From: Acidimicrobiales bacterium
GTDB taxonomy: Bacteria; Actinomycetota; Acidimicrobiia; Acidimicrobiales; VFJN01
Length of the DNA: 64,000 nt
Direction of reading: 5' to 3'
Assembly (NCBI GenBank): GCA_035265325.1
Contig: DATFOS010000177.1
Location: 14,581-78,580, forward strand
A model generated the notes under the pieces. The model was not told where the DNA came from and did not search any database. It worked only from the letters and a program-made list of their open reading frames with translations. How positions within the stretch are numbered: the stretch's first letter is position 1; every line of letters starts with the position of its first letter. This document shows, piece by piece, positions 33,967 through 43,930 of this stretch. Both the position numbers and the translations under genes were made by a program.

Positions 33967-34588
33967 CGGTAGCGTCGCCCGGGTGTCCCGAGCCTCGGCC
34001 ATGCCCCCGGAGGAGAGACGAGCGGCGATCGTCGACGCGACGCTGCCGCTCCTCCTCGACCGCGGGCGCGGGGTGACGACCCGGCAGATCGCCGCGGCCG
34101 CCGGCGTGGCCGAGGGCACGATCTTCCGGGCCTTCCCGGACAAGGAGGCGGTGGTCGACGCCACGCTCGCCGCCGCCTTCGACCCGGGCCCCACCGAGCG
34201 GGCCATCGCCGCCATCGACCCCGACCTGCCGTTCGACGCGCAGCTGGTCGAGGCCGTGGGCATCATCCAGCGCCGGCTCTCGGTGATCTGGCGCCTGCTG
34301 TCGTTCGTGGGGGCCAAGCCGCCCGCCCGACCGCCGGACTCCCCCGCCCTGGTCGAGCTGCTCGCCCGTCACGACCACCGCGTGCGCCTGCCGGCACCGG
34401 TCGCCGCGAGGCGGCTGCGGGCGCTCACGCTGGCGTCCAGCCATCCCGCCGCCGTCGATGTGCCGCTCACGCCGGAGGAGATCGTCGACCAGCTGCTCCA
34501 CGGCATCGCCGTCCGCCCCGACCGCCCCGACGACCACACCCACGACCGCACCGACGAGACCCGATCGACCGAGGCCGCCCCGTGTTGA
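33953..34588 (+). CDS. TetR/AcrR family transcriptional regulator
   Basis: HTH AIVDATLPLLLDRGRGVTTRQIAAAAGVAEGTIFRAFPDKEAV. The start is either GTG 33953 (possibly leaderless) or ATG 34001. The stop overlaps the next gene by 7 nt. Confidence 0.85.
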   Translation: MSTHSGSVARVSRASAMPPEERRAAIVDATLPLLLDRGRGVTTRQIAAAAGVAEGTIFRAFPDKEAVVDATLAAAFDPGPTERAIAAIDPDLPFDAQLVEAVGIIQRRLSVIWRLLSFVGAKPPARPPDSPALVELLARHDHRVRLPAPVAARRLRALTLASSHPAAVDVPLTPEEIVDQLLHGIAVRPDRPDDHTHDRTDETRSTEAAPC

Positions 34589-36315
34589 CCCGTCTTCTCC
34601 GTTCCTACCTGCGCCCGTACCGCAGGCTGCTGGTCGCCGTCGTGCTGCTGCAGGGCGTACAGGCCCTGGCGTTGCTGTACCTGCCCACGCTGAACGCGGA
34701 CATCATCGACCGGGGCGTGCTGGCGGGCGACGACGGCTACATCCGCCGGATCGGCCTCGTCATGCTGGGCGTGACGCTGGTGCAGGTGGTGTTCGCGGTG
34801 GCGGCCGTGTACTGCGGCTCGCGGGTGGCGATGAGCCTGGGCCGCGACGTGCGCAGCGAGCTGTTCCACCGGGTGACCGACTTCTCGTCCCGCGAGGTGG
34901 GGGTGTTCGGCGCCCCGTCGCTCATCACCAGGATCACCAACGACGTCCAGCAGGTCCAGATGCTGGTCGTGATGGCGTGCACGCTGGCCGTCGCCGCCCC
35001 GATCACGGTGGTGGGCGGCGTGGTCCTCGCCCTCCAGCAGGACATGGGCCTGTCGTGGTTGCTGGTGCTGAGCCTGCCGGCGCTGGCGCTGAGCGTCGGG
35101 ATGGTGGTGCGGCGGATGGTGCCGGTGTTCCGCCGGATGCAGGAGCGGATCGACAACGCCAACGGCGTGCTGCGCGAGCAGATCACAGGCGTGCGGGTCG
35201 TGCGGGCGTTCGTGCGCGAGCCGGAGGAGGTGGACCGCTTCGGCGCCGTGAACGACGACCTGACGGCCACGTCGCTGGAGGCGGGGCGCCTGATGGCGCT
35301 GATGTTCCCGACCCTGCTGCTGATCATCAACGCGTCCAGCGTCGGGGTCATCTGGTTCGGGGCCGAGCGCATCGACTCGGGCGCCATGACGGTGGGCTCG
35401 CTGGTGGCGTTCCTGACCTACTTCACGCTCATCCTCATGAACGTGATGATGGGCATGTTCGTGGCGATGATGGCGCCGCGGGCGGCCGTCTGCGCCGAGC
35501 GGATCGTCGAGGTCCTCGACACCGACTCCACCGTCGTGGCGCCGCTGAGCCCGGTCGCCGTCGACGGCCCGGTCGGCTCGCTGGAGCTGCGCGACGTCGG
35601 GTTCCACTACCCCGGCGCCGACACGCCCGTGCTCGACGGCATCTCCTTCAGGTCGCTGGCCGGCCAGACCACGGCCGTCGTGGGGAGCACGGGCGCCGGC
35701 AAGACCACGCTCGTCAACCTGGTCGCCCGGCTGGTCGACGTCACGTCGGGCGCGGTGTTGATCGACGGCGTCGACGTCCGCGAGCTCGAGCCGGACGCCC
35801 TGTGGGACCGCATCGGCCTGGTGCCCCAGAAGCCGTACCTGTTCTCGGGGACCGTGGCCACGAACCTGCGCTACGGCAAGCCCGACGCCACCGACGACGA
35901 GCTGTGGGAGGCGCTGCGGGTGGCGCAGGCCGAGGACTTCGTGTCCGCCATGCCGGGCGGGCTCGACGCCCTGATCCAGCAGGGTGGCACCAACGTGTCG
36001 GGCGGCCAGCGCCAGCGGCTCGCCATCGCCAGGGCGCTGGTGAAGAAGCCCGAGGTGTACCTGTTCGACGACTCGTTCTCGGCGCTGGACACCGCCACGG
36101 ACGCCCGGTTGCGGGCGGCGCTGGCGCCCACGATCGCCGGCTCGACGGTCCTGATCGTGGCCCAGCGGGTCTCGACGATCGCCACGGCCGACCAGATCCT
36201 CGTCCTGGAGGACGGGCGGGCCGTCGGTCTCGGCACCCACGACGACCTGCTGGCGACCTGCGCCACCTACGCCGAGATCGTGGAGTCGCAGGCCAACGCC
36301 CGGGAGGCGGCATGA
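34582..36315 (+). CDS. ABC exporter, fused TMD-NBD half transporter (subunit 1 of a heterodimer)
   Basis: 577 aa with a six-TM ABC_membrane domain. Walker A GSTGAGKTT, signature VSGGQRQRLAIARAL, Walker B VYLFDDSFSALD. Confidence 0.92.
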   Translation: MLTRLLRSYLRPYRRLLVAVVLLQGVQALALLYLPTLNADIIDRGVLAGDDGYIRRIGLVMLGVTLVQVVFAVAAVYCGSRVAMSLGRDVRSELFHRVTDFSSREVGVFGAPSLITRITNDVQQVQMLVVMACTLAVAAPITVVGGVVLALQQDMGLSWLLVLSLPALALSVGMVVRRMVPVFRRMQERIDNANGVLREQITGVRVVRAFVREPEEVDRFGAVNDDLTATSLEAGRLMALMFPTLLLIINASSVGVIWFGAERIDSGAMTVGSLVAFLTYFTLILMNVMMGMFVAMMAPRAAVCAERIVEVLDTDSTVVAPLSPVAVDGPVGSLELRDVGFHYPGADTPVLDGISFRSLAGQTTAVVGSTGAGKTTLVNLVARLVDVTSGAVLIDGVDVRELEPDALWDRIGLVPQKPYLFSGTVATNLRYGKPDATDDELWEALRVAQAEDFVSAMPGGLDALIQQGGTNVSGGQRQRLAIARALVKKPEVYLFDDSFSALDTATDARLRAALAPTIAGSTVLIVAQRVSTIATADQILVLEDGRAVGLGTHDDLLATCATYAEIVESQANAREAA

Positions 36316-38249
36316 GCACGACCACCGGTTCGCCCGGCACCGACGGCCGGGCCCCGGCGCCCGGCGGCGCGGACGGCACGAACGGGACGAACGGGCCCAA
36401 CGGCAGCGACCCCGTGGCCCCGCCCCGCGCCAGCGTCAGCGCGGTGCGGACCTGGAACGCCGGCATGCCGGGCGAAACCTCCCGCGACTTCCGCAACGCC
36501 TCCACCCGGCTCCTGGCGCTGCTGCGCCGCGACCGGGTCGGGCTGGGCGTGGTCGTCTGCCTGGCGATCGCCGGCGTGGCGCTCACCGTGGTCGGCCCGC
36601 GGATCCTGGGCCACGCCACCGACATCGTGATCCGGGGCCTCGTCAGCGGCAGCGGCATCGACTTCGGCGAGCTGCACCGGGTCCTGGGGATCGCGCTCGT
36701 GCTGTTCGTCGCCTCCTCGGCGCTCAGCTACGCCAGCGGCTTCCTCATGGCCGGGATCATCCAGCGGACCATGCAGCGGCTGCGCTCCGACGTCCAGGAC
36801 AAGCTCAACCGCCTGCCCCTGGCCTACGTCGACCAACAGTCCCGCGGCGACCTGCTCAGCCGGGTCACCAACGACATCGACAACCTGGCCCAGAGCCTGC
36901 AGCAGACCCTCAACCAGATGCTCACGCAGGTGCTCAGCGTGGTCGGCGTGCTGATCTTCATGGTGTCGATCTCGCCGCTGCTGGCGATCGTCGCCCTCGT
37001 GTCGGTGCCGCTGTCGATCCTCACGATGCGGGGCATCGCGGCGCAGTCCAAGAAGCGGTTCATCAGCCAGTGGAGGCACACGGGCGAGCTCAACTCGCAG
37101 GTCGAAGAGGCCTTCACCGGCCACGCCATCGTCAAGGCGTTCGGCCGCCAGCGCGAGGTCGAGGACCGGTTCCGGGCCACGAACGACCACCTCTACGGGG
37201 CGAGCTTCGCCGCCCAGTTCGTCTCCGGCGTGATCCAGCCGGCGATGATGTTCCTCGGGAACCTCAACTGGGTGATCATCGCCGTGGTCGGCGGCATGCG
37301 CGTCACGTCGGGGGCGATGTCGATCGGCGACGTCCAGGCCTTCCTGCAGTACACCCGGCAGTTCACGATGCCGCTCACCGCCATCGCCTCGCAGTTCAAC
37401 GTGTTGCAGTCCGGCGTGGCCTCCGCCGAGCGGGTGTTCGACCTGCTCGACGCCGACGAGCAGACACCCGATGGCGACGCCACCCCGCTCGATGGCGTGC
37501 CCCGGGGCCGGGTCGCGTTCGAGGACGTCTCCTTCTCCTACGACCCCGACGTGCCGCTCATCTCGCACCTGTCGTTCGTCGCCGAGCCCGGCCAGACCAT
37601 CGCCATCGTCGGCCCGACCGGCGCCGGCAAGACCACGCTCGTCAACCTCATCATGCGGTTCTACGAGCTCGACGGCGGGCGCATCACGATCGACGGCCGC
37701 GACGTCGCCACCATGCGCCGCAGCGACCTGCGCCGCCACATCGGCATGGTCCTCCAGGACACCTGGCTCTTCGGCGGCACCATCCGCGACAACATCGCCT
37801 ACGGCAACGCGGAGGCCACCGAGGGTCAGATCCGCGAGGCGGCCAAGGCCACCTACGTCGACCGGTTCGTCCACTCGCTGCCCGACGGCTACGACACGGT
37901 CCTCGACGACGACGCCACCAGCCTCAGCGCCGGCGAGAAGCAGCTCCTCACCATCGCCCGGGCCTTCCTGGCCGACCCGGCCATCCTCATCCTCGACGAG
38001 GCCACCAGCTCGGTGGACACCCGCACCGAGGTGCTCATCCAGCACGCCATGGCGGCGCTGCGGTCCTCCCGCACCAGCTTCGTCATCGCCCACCGCCTCT
38101 CCACCATCCGCGACGCCGACATCATCCTCGTGGTGGAGGCCGGCCAGATCGTCGAGCAGGGCGACCACGAGGACCTCCTGGCGAAGGGCGGCGCCTACGC
38201 CCGCCTCTACAACGCCCAGTTCGCCGCCGCCGCCACCGAGGTCGCATAG
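36312..38249 (+). CDS. ABC exporter, fused TMD-NBD half transporter (subunit 2)
   Basis: The ATG at 36312 overlaps the upstream stop (ATGA). Walker A GPTGAGKTT, signature LSAGEKQLLTIARAF, Walker B ILILDEATSSVD. The N-terminal ~60 aa are Gly/Pro/Thr-rich. Confidence 0.92.
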   Translation: MSTTTGSPGTDGRAPAPGGADGTNGTNGPNGSDPVAPPRASVSAVRTWNAGMPGETSRDFRNASTRLLALLRRDRVGLGVVVCLAIAGVALTVVGPRILGHATDIVIRGLVSGSGIDFGELHRVLGIALVLFVASSALSYASGFLMAGIIQRTMQRLRSDVQDKLNRLPLAYVDQQSRGDLLSRVTNDIDNLAQSLQQTLNQMLTQVLSVVGVLIFMVSISPLLAIVALVSVPLSILTMRGIAAQSKKRFISQWRHTGELNSQVEEAFTGHAIVKAFGRQREVEDRFRATNDHLYGASFAAQFVSGVIQPAMMFLGNLNWVIIAVVGGMRVTSGAMSIGDVQAFLQYTRQFTMPLTAIASQFNVLQSGVASAERVFDLLDADEQTPDGDATPLDGVPRGRVAFEDVSFSYDPDVPLISHLSFVAEPGQTIAIVGPTGAGKTTLVNLIMRFYELDGGRITIDGRDVATMRRSDLRRHIGMVLQDTWLFGGTIRDNIAYGNAEATEGQIREAAKATYVDRFVHSLPDGYDTVLDDDATSLSAGEKQLLTIARAFLADPAILILDEATSSVDTRTEVLIQHAMAALRSSRTSFVIAHRLSTIRDADIILVVEAGQIVEQGDHEDLLAKGGAYARLYNAQFAAAATEVA

Positions 38250-38344
38250 GCCGCCGGCGGGAGGGCCCGGCGGGCGGGGGGCGCCGATCCGTTTGCGTGG
38301 GCCTACCGATGTGCCGGCGGCGGGCCGGGCGGAGGATGGCGCCC

Positions 38345-39793
38345 ATGACGGCGGTGGACTCGGCGTGGGCGTTGCGCCAGACGGTGGTGGGGGTGGACCA
38401 GCCGGTCCCGGTCGTGGACGGGCGGATGCTGCCCTACGTCAACCTCGACAACGCCGCCAGCACGCCGGCGTTCCACGAGGTGTGGCGGGCGGTCGAGGAC
38501 TTCCTCCCCTACTACTCCGGCGTCCACCGGGGCACGGGCTACCTGTCCCGGATGAGCACGGCCGCCTTCGAGGAGGCCCGGGCCATGGTCGGCCGGTTCG
38601 TCGGCGCCGATCCCGAGCGGGACGTGGTGGTCTTCGGGAAGAACACGACCGAAGCCGTCAACCGCCTGGCCCGATCGCTGCGCCTGGCCCCCGACGCGGT
38701 CATCCTGACCACGCTGCTGGAGCATCACTCCAACGACCTCCCCTGGCGTGACCGGGCCGGGGCGGGGCCGGGCGTCCGGGTAGTACGGGTGCGCGCCGCG
38801 AGGGACGGCTCGCTCGACGAGGACCACCTCGACCGCCTGCTGGCGACCCATGCCGGGCACGTCGCGCTACTGGCCGTGAGCGGGGCGTCGAACGTCACGG
38901 GGCTGGTCCCGCCGATCCATCGACTGGCCGCCCGTGTCCACGCCGCCGGCGGGGCGATCCTCGTGGACGCCGCCCAGCTGGCCGGCCACCGCCGCATCGA
39001 CATGCGTCCCCACGACGACCCGGGCCACCTCGACTTCGTGGCGCTGTCGGCCCACAAGGCGTACGCCCCGTTCGGGACGGGCGCGCTGGTCGGACGCCGC
39101 GACGCCTTCGCCGGTCACCCGGACCACGTCGGCGGCGGCACCGTCCGGGCCGTGAGCGCCACGGACGTGGCCTGGGCCGACCTGCCCGATCGCGAGGAGG
39201 CCGGGAGCCCCAACGTCGTCGGCGCCGTCGCCCTCGCCGCCGCGACGCAGGCCCTGTCCCGCATCGGCCTCGACGCCATCGCCGCCCACGAGGCGGCCCT
39301 CACCGGGTACGCCGTGGACCGCCTCCGGCGGGTGCCGGGGGTGACCGTCCACGGCCCGGCCGCCACGGCGGCCCCGCCCGACCGGGTCGGCGTCGTCCCG
39401 TTCACGGTCGCGGGGTTCGACCACGCCCTGGTGGCGGCGGTGCTCGGCTACGAGCACGCCGTGGGCGTTCGCAGCGGCTGCTTCTGCGCCCAGCCGTACG
39501 TCCGCCGCCTCCTCGGCGTCTCGGAGAGCGACGCCGACCTCCACGTGGCCCTCGCCCGCGGCGGTCCCGTCGAGGCGCCCGGCCTCGTCCGGCTCAGCTT
39601 CGGGTGCTACAGCGACCCCGCCGATGTCGACCGGGCGGTCGCCGGGGTCATCGACCTCGTGGCCGACGGCCCGGGGCCGGTCCGTGCCCGGTACCGGTGC
39701 GACGCCGACGGCGCCTACGCCCCGGTCGGCTACGTCGAGCCCTCCCTGTTCTGCCTGGACTGCGTCCCGCCCCTGACACCCGCCCCCGCCTGA
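38345..39793 (+). CDS. class-V aminotransferase / cysteine-desulfurase-like PLP enzyme
   Basis: ATG at 38345 (GGAGG at 38331-38335; alternative ATG 38336). YVNLDNAASTP, TLLEHHSNDLPW, PLP-Lys SAHKAYAPFGTG, and GCFCAQPY near the C-terminus. Confidence 0.85.
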   Translation: MTAVDSAWALRQTVVGVDQPVPVVDGRMLPYVNLDNAASTPAFHEVWRAVEDFLPYYSGVHRGTGYLSRMSTAAFEEARAMVGRFVGADPERDVVVFGKNTTEAVNRLARSLRLAPDAVILTTLLEHHSNDLPWRDRAGAGPGVRVVRVRAARDGSLDEDHLDRLLATHAGHVALLAVSGASNVTGLVPPIHRLAARVHAAGGAILVDAAQLAGHRRIDMRPHDDPGHLDFVALSAHKAYAPFGTGALVGRRDAFAGHPDHVGGGTVRAVSATDVAWADLPDREEAGSPNVVGAVALAAATQALSRIGLDAIAAHEAALTGYAVDRLRRVPGVTVHGPAATAAPPDRVGVVPFTVAGFDHALVAAVLGYEHAVGVRSGCFCAQPYVRRLLGVSESDADLHVALARGGPVEAPGLVRLSFGCYSDPADVDRAVAGVIDLVADGPGPVRARYRCDADGAYAPVGYVEPSLFCLDCVPPLTPAPA

Positions 39794-39966
39794 CGCCGAC
39801 CGGCGACGGGACACGCCCCGCCCGCTCGGCCCGGGACCCGCCCCCGGGCCGGGCGCGCGCCACCACGCTCGCACCGCCGAACGAGCCGTCGTGAGCCCGG
39901 CGGACGAGGTGGGGGTCGACCCCGGGGTGGGCGGTGGCGCAGAATCTCCCGGCGAGAGGGGTGGGC

Positions 39967-40857
39967 ATGAGGTTCGGCAACCTGGCGGGGCGCTTCGTCC
40001 TCCGCACCGACGAAGGCGCGGTCGACGTGGCGGCGGCCACCAACGGCCTGCTCCCGGCGGACCCGGCGGAGGCGTACGTCCGCTGGGACGACGTGACGGC
40101 CTGGGCGGCGGCTCTCGATCCCGCCACCCTCGGCCCCGTCGTCACGAAGGACATCGGGCTCGACGCGCTCGGCCCGCCCAGTCCCCGGCCGCGGCAGGTG
40201 TTCGCCCTCGCCCTCAACTACGCCGACCACGCCGGCGAGAGCGGCCTCGCCGCCCCGGCCGCTCCGTCGGTGTTCACCAAGTTCCCGACGTCGGTCGCCG
40301 GCCCGTTCGGGACCGTCGCGTTGCCGAGCGCCACCGTCGACTGGGAGGTCGAGCTCGTCGTGGTCATCGGCCGATCGGCCCGCCACGTCGCCGCCGCCGA
40401 CGCCTGGGCGCACGTCGCCGGGGTGACCGTGGGCCAGGACCTGTCCGACCGGGTGGTGCAGTTCGCCGACGCCACGCCGCAGTTCTCGCTGGCGAAGTCG
40501 TTCCCCGGCTTCTCGCCGCTGGGCCCGTGGCTGGTCACGCCCGACGAGCTGGGCGACCCCGACGACCTCGAGCTGGGCTGCGCCGTGAACGGGGAGACGG
40601 TGCAGGCGGCCCGCACGACCGAGATGGTCTTCCGGGTGCCGGCGATCGTGGCGCACCTGTCCCGCGTGCTGCCCCTGCTGCCGGGCGACCTGGTCTTCAC
40701 CGGCACGCCGGCCGGCGTCGGCGCACTCCGCACGCCACCGCGCTTCCTCGCTCCCGGCGACGTCCTGACCAGCTGGGTGACCGGTGTTGGCGAGATGCGG
40801 CACGTCTGCACGGCGCCGCACGAGACGACGTCCCGTGACGCTCACGGTGGCAGGTGA
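39967..40857 (+). CDS. fumarylacetoacetate hydrolase (FAH) family protein
   Basis: ATG at 39967. FALALNYADHAGE, DWEVELVVVIG, and LLPGDLVFTGTPAGVG are hallmark FAH-family segments. Confidence 0.88.
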   Translation: MRFGNLAGRFVLRTDEGAVDVAAATNGLLPADPAEAYVRWDDVTAWAAALDPATLGPVVTKDIGLDALGPPSPRPRQVFALALNYADHAGESGLAAPAAPSVFTKFPTSVAGPFGTVALPSATVDWEVELVVVIGRSARHVAAADAWAHVAGVTVGQDLSDRVVQFADATPQFSLAKSFPGFSPLGPWLVTPDELGDPDDLELGCAVNGETVQAARTTEMVFRVPAIVAHLSRVLPLLPGDLVFTGTPAGVGALRTPPRFLAPGDVLTSWVTGVGEMRHVCTAPHETTSRDAHGGR

Positions 40858-40952
40858 TACGACTACGCCACTGGCGGCGTTCGTAGGCAGCCGATAGCTT
40901 CCCGCCCGGCATCTCGCAGGTAGCACCGGGGCTACCCACGGGACGGGGGGCA

Positions 40953-42956
40953 ATGAGACGCATACCGATCCGCCAGAAGCTGGCGGCAGCGATGGCGGTC
41001 CCCCTGACGGGCCTGGTCATCGTGAGTGCCCTCGAGGTGCGTGAGACCTTCGAGGACGCCGAGGGCGTTCGCGACCAGACGGAGCTGGCCCAGGCCACGC
41101 TGGGCCCCGACGGGCTCGTCGGCGCGCTCCAGGTCGAGGGCCAGCACGCCACGGCCGTGATCGTGGGACTCGATGGCGGGCTCAACCTGCCCGTGTCGGA
41201 CAACGCGGAGGCGCGTCGCATCACCGACGACGCCATCCGGGCGTTCCGGCAGCAGACGGAGGCGCGGGGCGGCACGACGCTGGAGGCGTACCGCCCCGCG
41301 CTCGACCGTCTCGACGAGCTCCCCGAGATCCGCCAGCTCGCCGACTCGTACACCGGCGAGCGGGAAATCACCAGCGGCCTGTCCGCGGGCAACGAGCTGC
41401 TGTCCCGCTACACGAGCCTGACGGCGATGTTCTTCGAGGCCGACAGCCGCATCGCCGGCGCCGTCGAGGACCGCCAGCTGCGCACGGGCACGGAGCTCAT
41501 CAACCTCGCGTCCCGCCGGGTCGACACCGGCGCCAACCTCGTCCGCACCCTGGCGGTCAGCTACCTCGGCGACAACCGGATCGACCCGGCCGCCGAGCTG
41601 CCCGACATCGCCGTCCAGATGGGCGCCTACGACCAGCAGGGCGAGACCATCCAGGCCACCGCGGTGGGCGACTACGCCCCCGCCGCCGGAGAGCTGGCCG
41701 CGTCCGAGCCCGAGCAGGCCTTCCACGACATGATGGTGGAGGCGACGCAGACCCTGCAGGTCGACGTGATGGAACTGGCGCAGGTCAACAGCGCCACCGG
41801 CGAGTCCGACCTCACCACCTTCCGGAACCGGGTCGCCGGCGTGCTGGCCGACCACGCCGACGAACTGAACGACGCCGCCGGCTCCCGGGCCTGGCGGTTG
41901 GCCGTCGTGGCGGGTGTCGTCGTCGTGCTGGCCTTCGTCGCCACCTGGCTGACCTCCCGGTCGATCACGCGTCCGCTCCAGGCCCTCACCGCCCAGGCGA
42001 CCGACGTCGCCCAGCGGCGGCTGCCCGGCGTCCTGCGCGAGATCCTCCACAGCCCGCTCGGCGACGACGTGGCGGTCCCCCACCTCGACCCCATCGTGGT
42101 GCGGACCCGCGACGAGGTCGGCGACGTGGCGGAGGCGCTCGGCTCGGTCCAGCGCACGGCCGTCGACCTCGCCGTCGAGCAGGCGGTCCTTCGCCGGAAC
42201 ATCGCCGACTCCTTCGTCAACCTGGGCCGCCGCAACCAGAACCTGCTCGGCCGCCAGCTCGACTTCATCACCGAGCTCGAGTCCGACGAGACCGACCCCG
42301 ACTCGCTGGGGAGCCTGTTCAAGCTCGACCACCTGGCCACCCGCATGCGGCGCAACGCCGAGAGCCTCCTGGTGCTGGCCGGCGTCCACCCGCCCCGGAC
42401 CTGGGCGGCGGCGATCAACATCACCGACGTCGTCCGGTCCGCCCTCGGCGAGGTCGAGGGCTACGAGCGGGTCGAGATGCGCTACGTCGAGCCGGCGACG
42501 GTCGTGGGGGCCTGCGCCGCCGACCTGGCGCACCTCGTCGCCGAACTGGTCGAGAACGCCCTCCACTTCTCGCCGGCGGACCGGCTCGTCCACATCCGCG
42601 GCCAGGTGCGCCCCGATTACTACGCGCTCGCCATCATCGACGAAGGCCGCGGCATGCCGGCGGCGGACGTCGAGCGGGCCAACCGCCGGCTGGCCGGCAC
42701 CGAATCCTTCACGGTCGCCCCGTCGAAGTACCTGGGCCACTATGTCGCCGGCCACCTCGCCGCACGCCACGGCGTCGCGATCCAGCTCATGAGCCCGCCG
42801 GCCGAGGGCGTGACCGCCACGATCACGCTCCCCCGGGGCCTGCTGGTGTCGGTGCCCTCCGAGGAGGAGGCCAAGGCCCGGGCGGCCGCCGCCAGCCAGC
42901 GGGCGCTCCGGTCACCGTTCGTGCCCGCCGCCGTCCTCGGACCGTCGCCGCGCTGA
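40953..42956 (+). CDS. sensor histidine-kinase-like protein, NIT-type extracytoplasmic domain + HAMP + HATPase (CvnA-like)
   Basis: 667 aa. A TM segment, a ~280-aa helical sensor domain, a second TM (LAVVAGVVVVLAFVATWL), and HAMP (SRSITRPLQALT). LDHLATRMRRNAESLLVLAG, N-box ELVENALHFS, G1 IIDEGRGM. No roadblock/DUF742/GTPase partner genes follow it. Confidence 0.85.
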   Translation: MRRIPIRQKLAAAMAVPLTGLVIVSALEVRETFEDAEGVRDQTELAQATLGPDGLVGALQVEGQHATAVIVGLDGGLNLPVSDNAEARRITDDAIRAFRQQTEARGGTTLEAYRPALDRLDELPEIRQLADSYTGEREITSGLSAGNELLSRYTSLTAMFFEADSRIAGAVEDRQLRTGTELINLASRRVDTGANLVRTLAVSYLGDNRIDPAAELPDIAVQMGAYDQQGETIQATAVGDYAPAAGELAASEPEQAFHDMMVEATQTLQVDVMELAQVNSATGESDLTTFRNRVAGVLADHADELNDAAGSRAWRLAVVAGVVVVLAFVATWLTSRSITRPLQALTAQATDVAQRRLPGVLREILHSPLGDDVAVPHLDPIVVRTRDEVGDVAEALGSVQRTAVDLAVEQAVLRRNIADSFVNLGRRNQNLLGRQLDFITELESDETDPDSLGSLFKLDHLATRMRRNAESLLVLAGVHPPRTWAAAINITDVVRSALGEVEGYERVEMRYVEPATVVGACAADLAHLVAELVENALHFSPADRLVHIRGQVRPDYYALAIIDEGRGMPAADVERANRRLAGTESFTVAPSKYLGHYVAGHLAARHGVAIQLMSPPAEGVTATITLPRGLLVSVPSEEEAKARAAAASQRALRSPFVPAAVLGPSPR

Positions 42957-42999
42957 CGCCGAGCCGGGCGGGGGGCCGGCCGCGGCCCGGCCGCAGGCG

Positions 43000-43863
43000 T
43001 CAGCGGGCGTACTCGTAGAAGCCGCGGCCGACCTTGCGGCCCAGCAGGCCGGCGTCGACCATGCGGGAGAGCAGTGGCGGGGCGGCGTACAGCGGCTCCT
43101 TGAACTCCTCGTACAGGGACTGCGCCACGGCCATCGTCGTGTCGAGCCCGATGAGGTCGGCCAGCGCCAGCGGCCCCATGGGGTGGGCGCAGCCCTGGAC
43201 CATGCCGGTGTCGATGTCCTCCGCCGTGGCGAAACCCGACTCCAGCATGCGGATGGCCGACAGCAGGTACGGGATGAGCAGGGCGTTGACGATGAAGCCG
43301 GCCCGGTCCTGCGAGCGGATCACCTTCTTGTCGAGCACCTCGGCGGCGAACGCCTCGGCCCGGCGGGCGGTCTCGTCACCGGTCAGCAGCGACGTCACCA
43401 GCTCGACCAGCGGCAGGACCGGCACCGGGTTGAAGAAGTGCAGGCCGATGACCTGTTCCGGCCGGCGGGTGGCCATGGCCAGCTTCATGATCGGGATCGA
43501 GGACGTGTTGGACGCCAGCACGGCGTCGGGCGCCTCCACCACGTCGTCGAGCCGGCGGAACGTCGCCACCTTCACGTGCTCGACCTCGGGCACCGCCTCG
43601 ATCACGATGCGGCGGTCGGCCAGGGCGTCGATGTCGGCGAGGACCTGCAGGCGCTGAAGTACGCCCGTGGCGTCGGCGTCTGTCAGCTTCTTGCGGGCGA
43701 CGGCGGTGGCCAGCGACTTCTCGACGCGGGCCCGACCGGCCTTGGCTGCGGCCTCGTCCGCCTCGACCACGACCACGTCGTTGCCCGCGCGGGCCGCCAC
43801 CTCGGCGATGCCCGCTCCCATCAGCCCGCACCCCACGACACCGACCCGGTCCAGCGTTTGCAT
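43000..43863 (-). CDS. hbd: 3-hydroxybutyryl-CoA / 3-hydroxyacyl-CoA dehydrogenase (NAD-dependent)
   Basis: 287 aa. Rossmann VGVVGCGLMGAGIAEV, IEAVPE, ASNTSS, HFFNPVP, and the C-terminal domain DRAGFIVNALL...HPMGPLALADLIGLD. Confidence 0.93.
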   Translation of the reverse strand: MQTLDRVGVVGCGLMGAGIAEVAARAGNDVVVVEADEAAAKAGRARVEKSLATAVARKKLTDADATGVLQRLQVLADIDALADRRIVIEAVPEVEHVKVATFRRLDDVVEAPDAVLASNTSSIPIMKLAMATRRPEQVIGLHFFNPVPVLPLVELVTSLLTGDETARRAEAFAAEVLDKKVIRSQDRAGFIVNALLIPYLLSAIRMLESGFATAEDIDTGMVQGCAHPMGPLALADLIGLDTTMAVAQSLYEEFKEPLYAAPPLLSRMVDAGLLGRKVGRGFYEYAR

Positions 43864-43873
43864 GAGCGCAGGT

Positions 43874-43891
43874 TAGATGTCCACTCATCTA
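43874..43891. promoter_or_regulatory. inverted repeat TAGATG-tccact-CATCTA between hbd and the divergent MarR gene; candidate MarR operator
   Basis: Read directly from the sequence. It is in an AT-richer patch of the 67-nt divergent intergenic region. Confidence 0.4.
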
Positions 43892-43930
43892 GTCCACCAG
43901 GGCCCTGGGCGTGACCTACGGTGCGGGGCG

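Noticed and set aside
34369-38168. Long minus-strand ORFs (34369-36240, 36267-38168) antisense to the ABC exporter pair
   Set aside because: Asp/Gly/Arg/His-rich shadow frames. The plus strand carries textbook ABC exporter motifs.
42963-42991. Hairpin GCCGGGC...GCCCGGC between the sensor kinase and hbd as a terminator (and a similar one at 61513-61543)
   Set aside because: The stems are only 7-8 bp with 15-nt GC-rich loops. Such pairings occur by chance all over this GC-rich sequence, so they are not reported as features.
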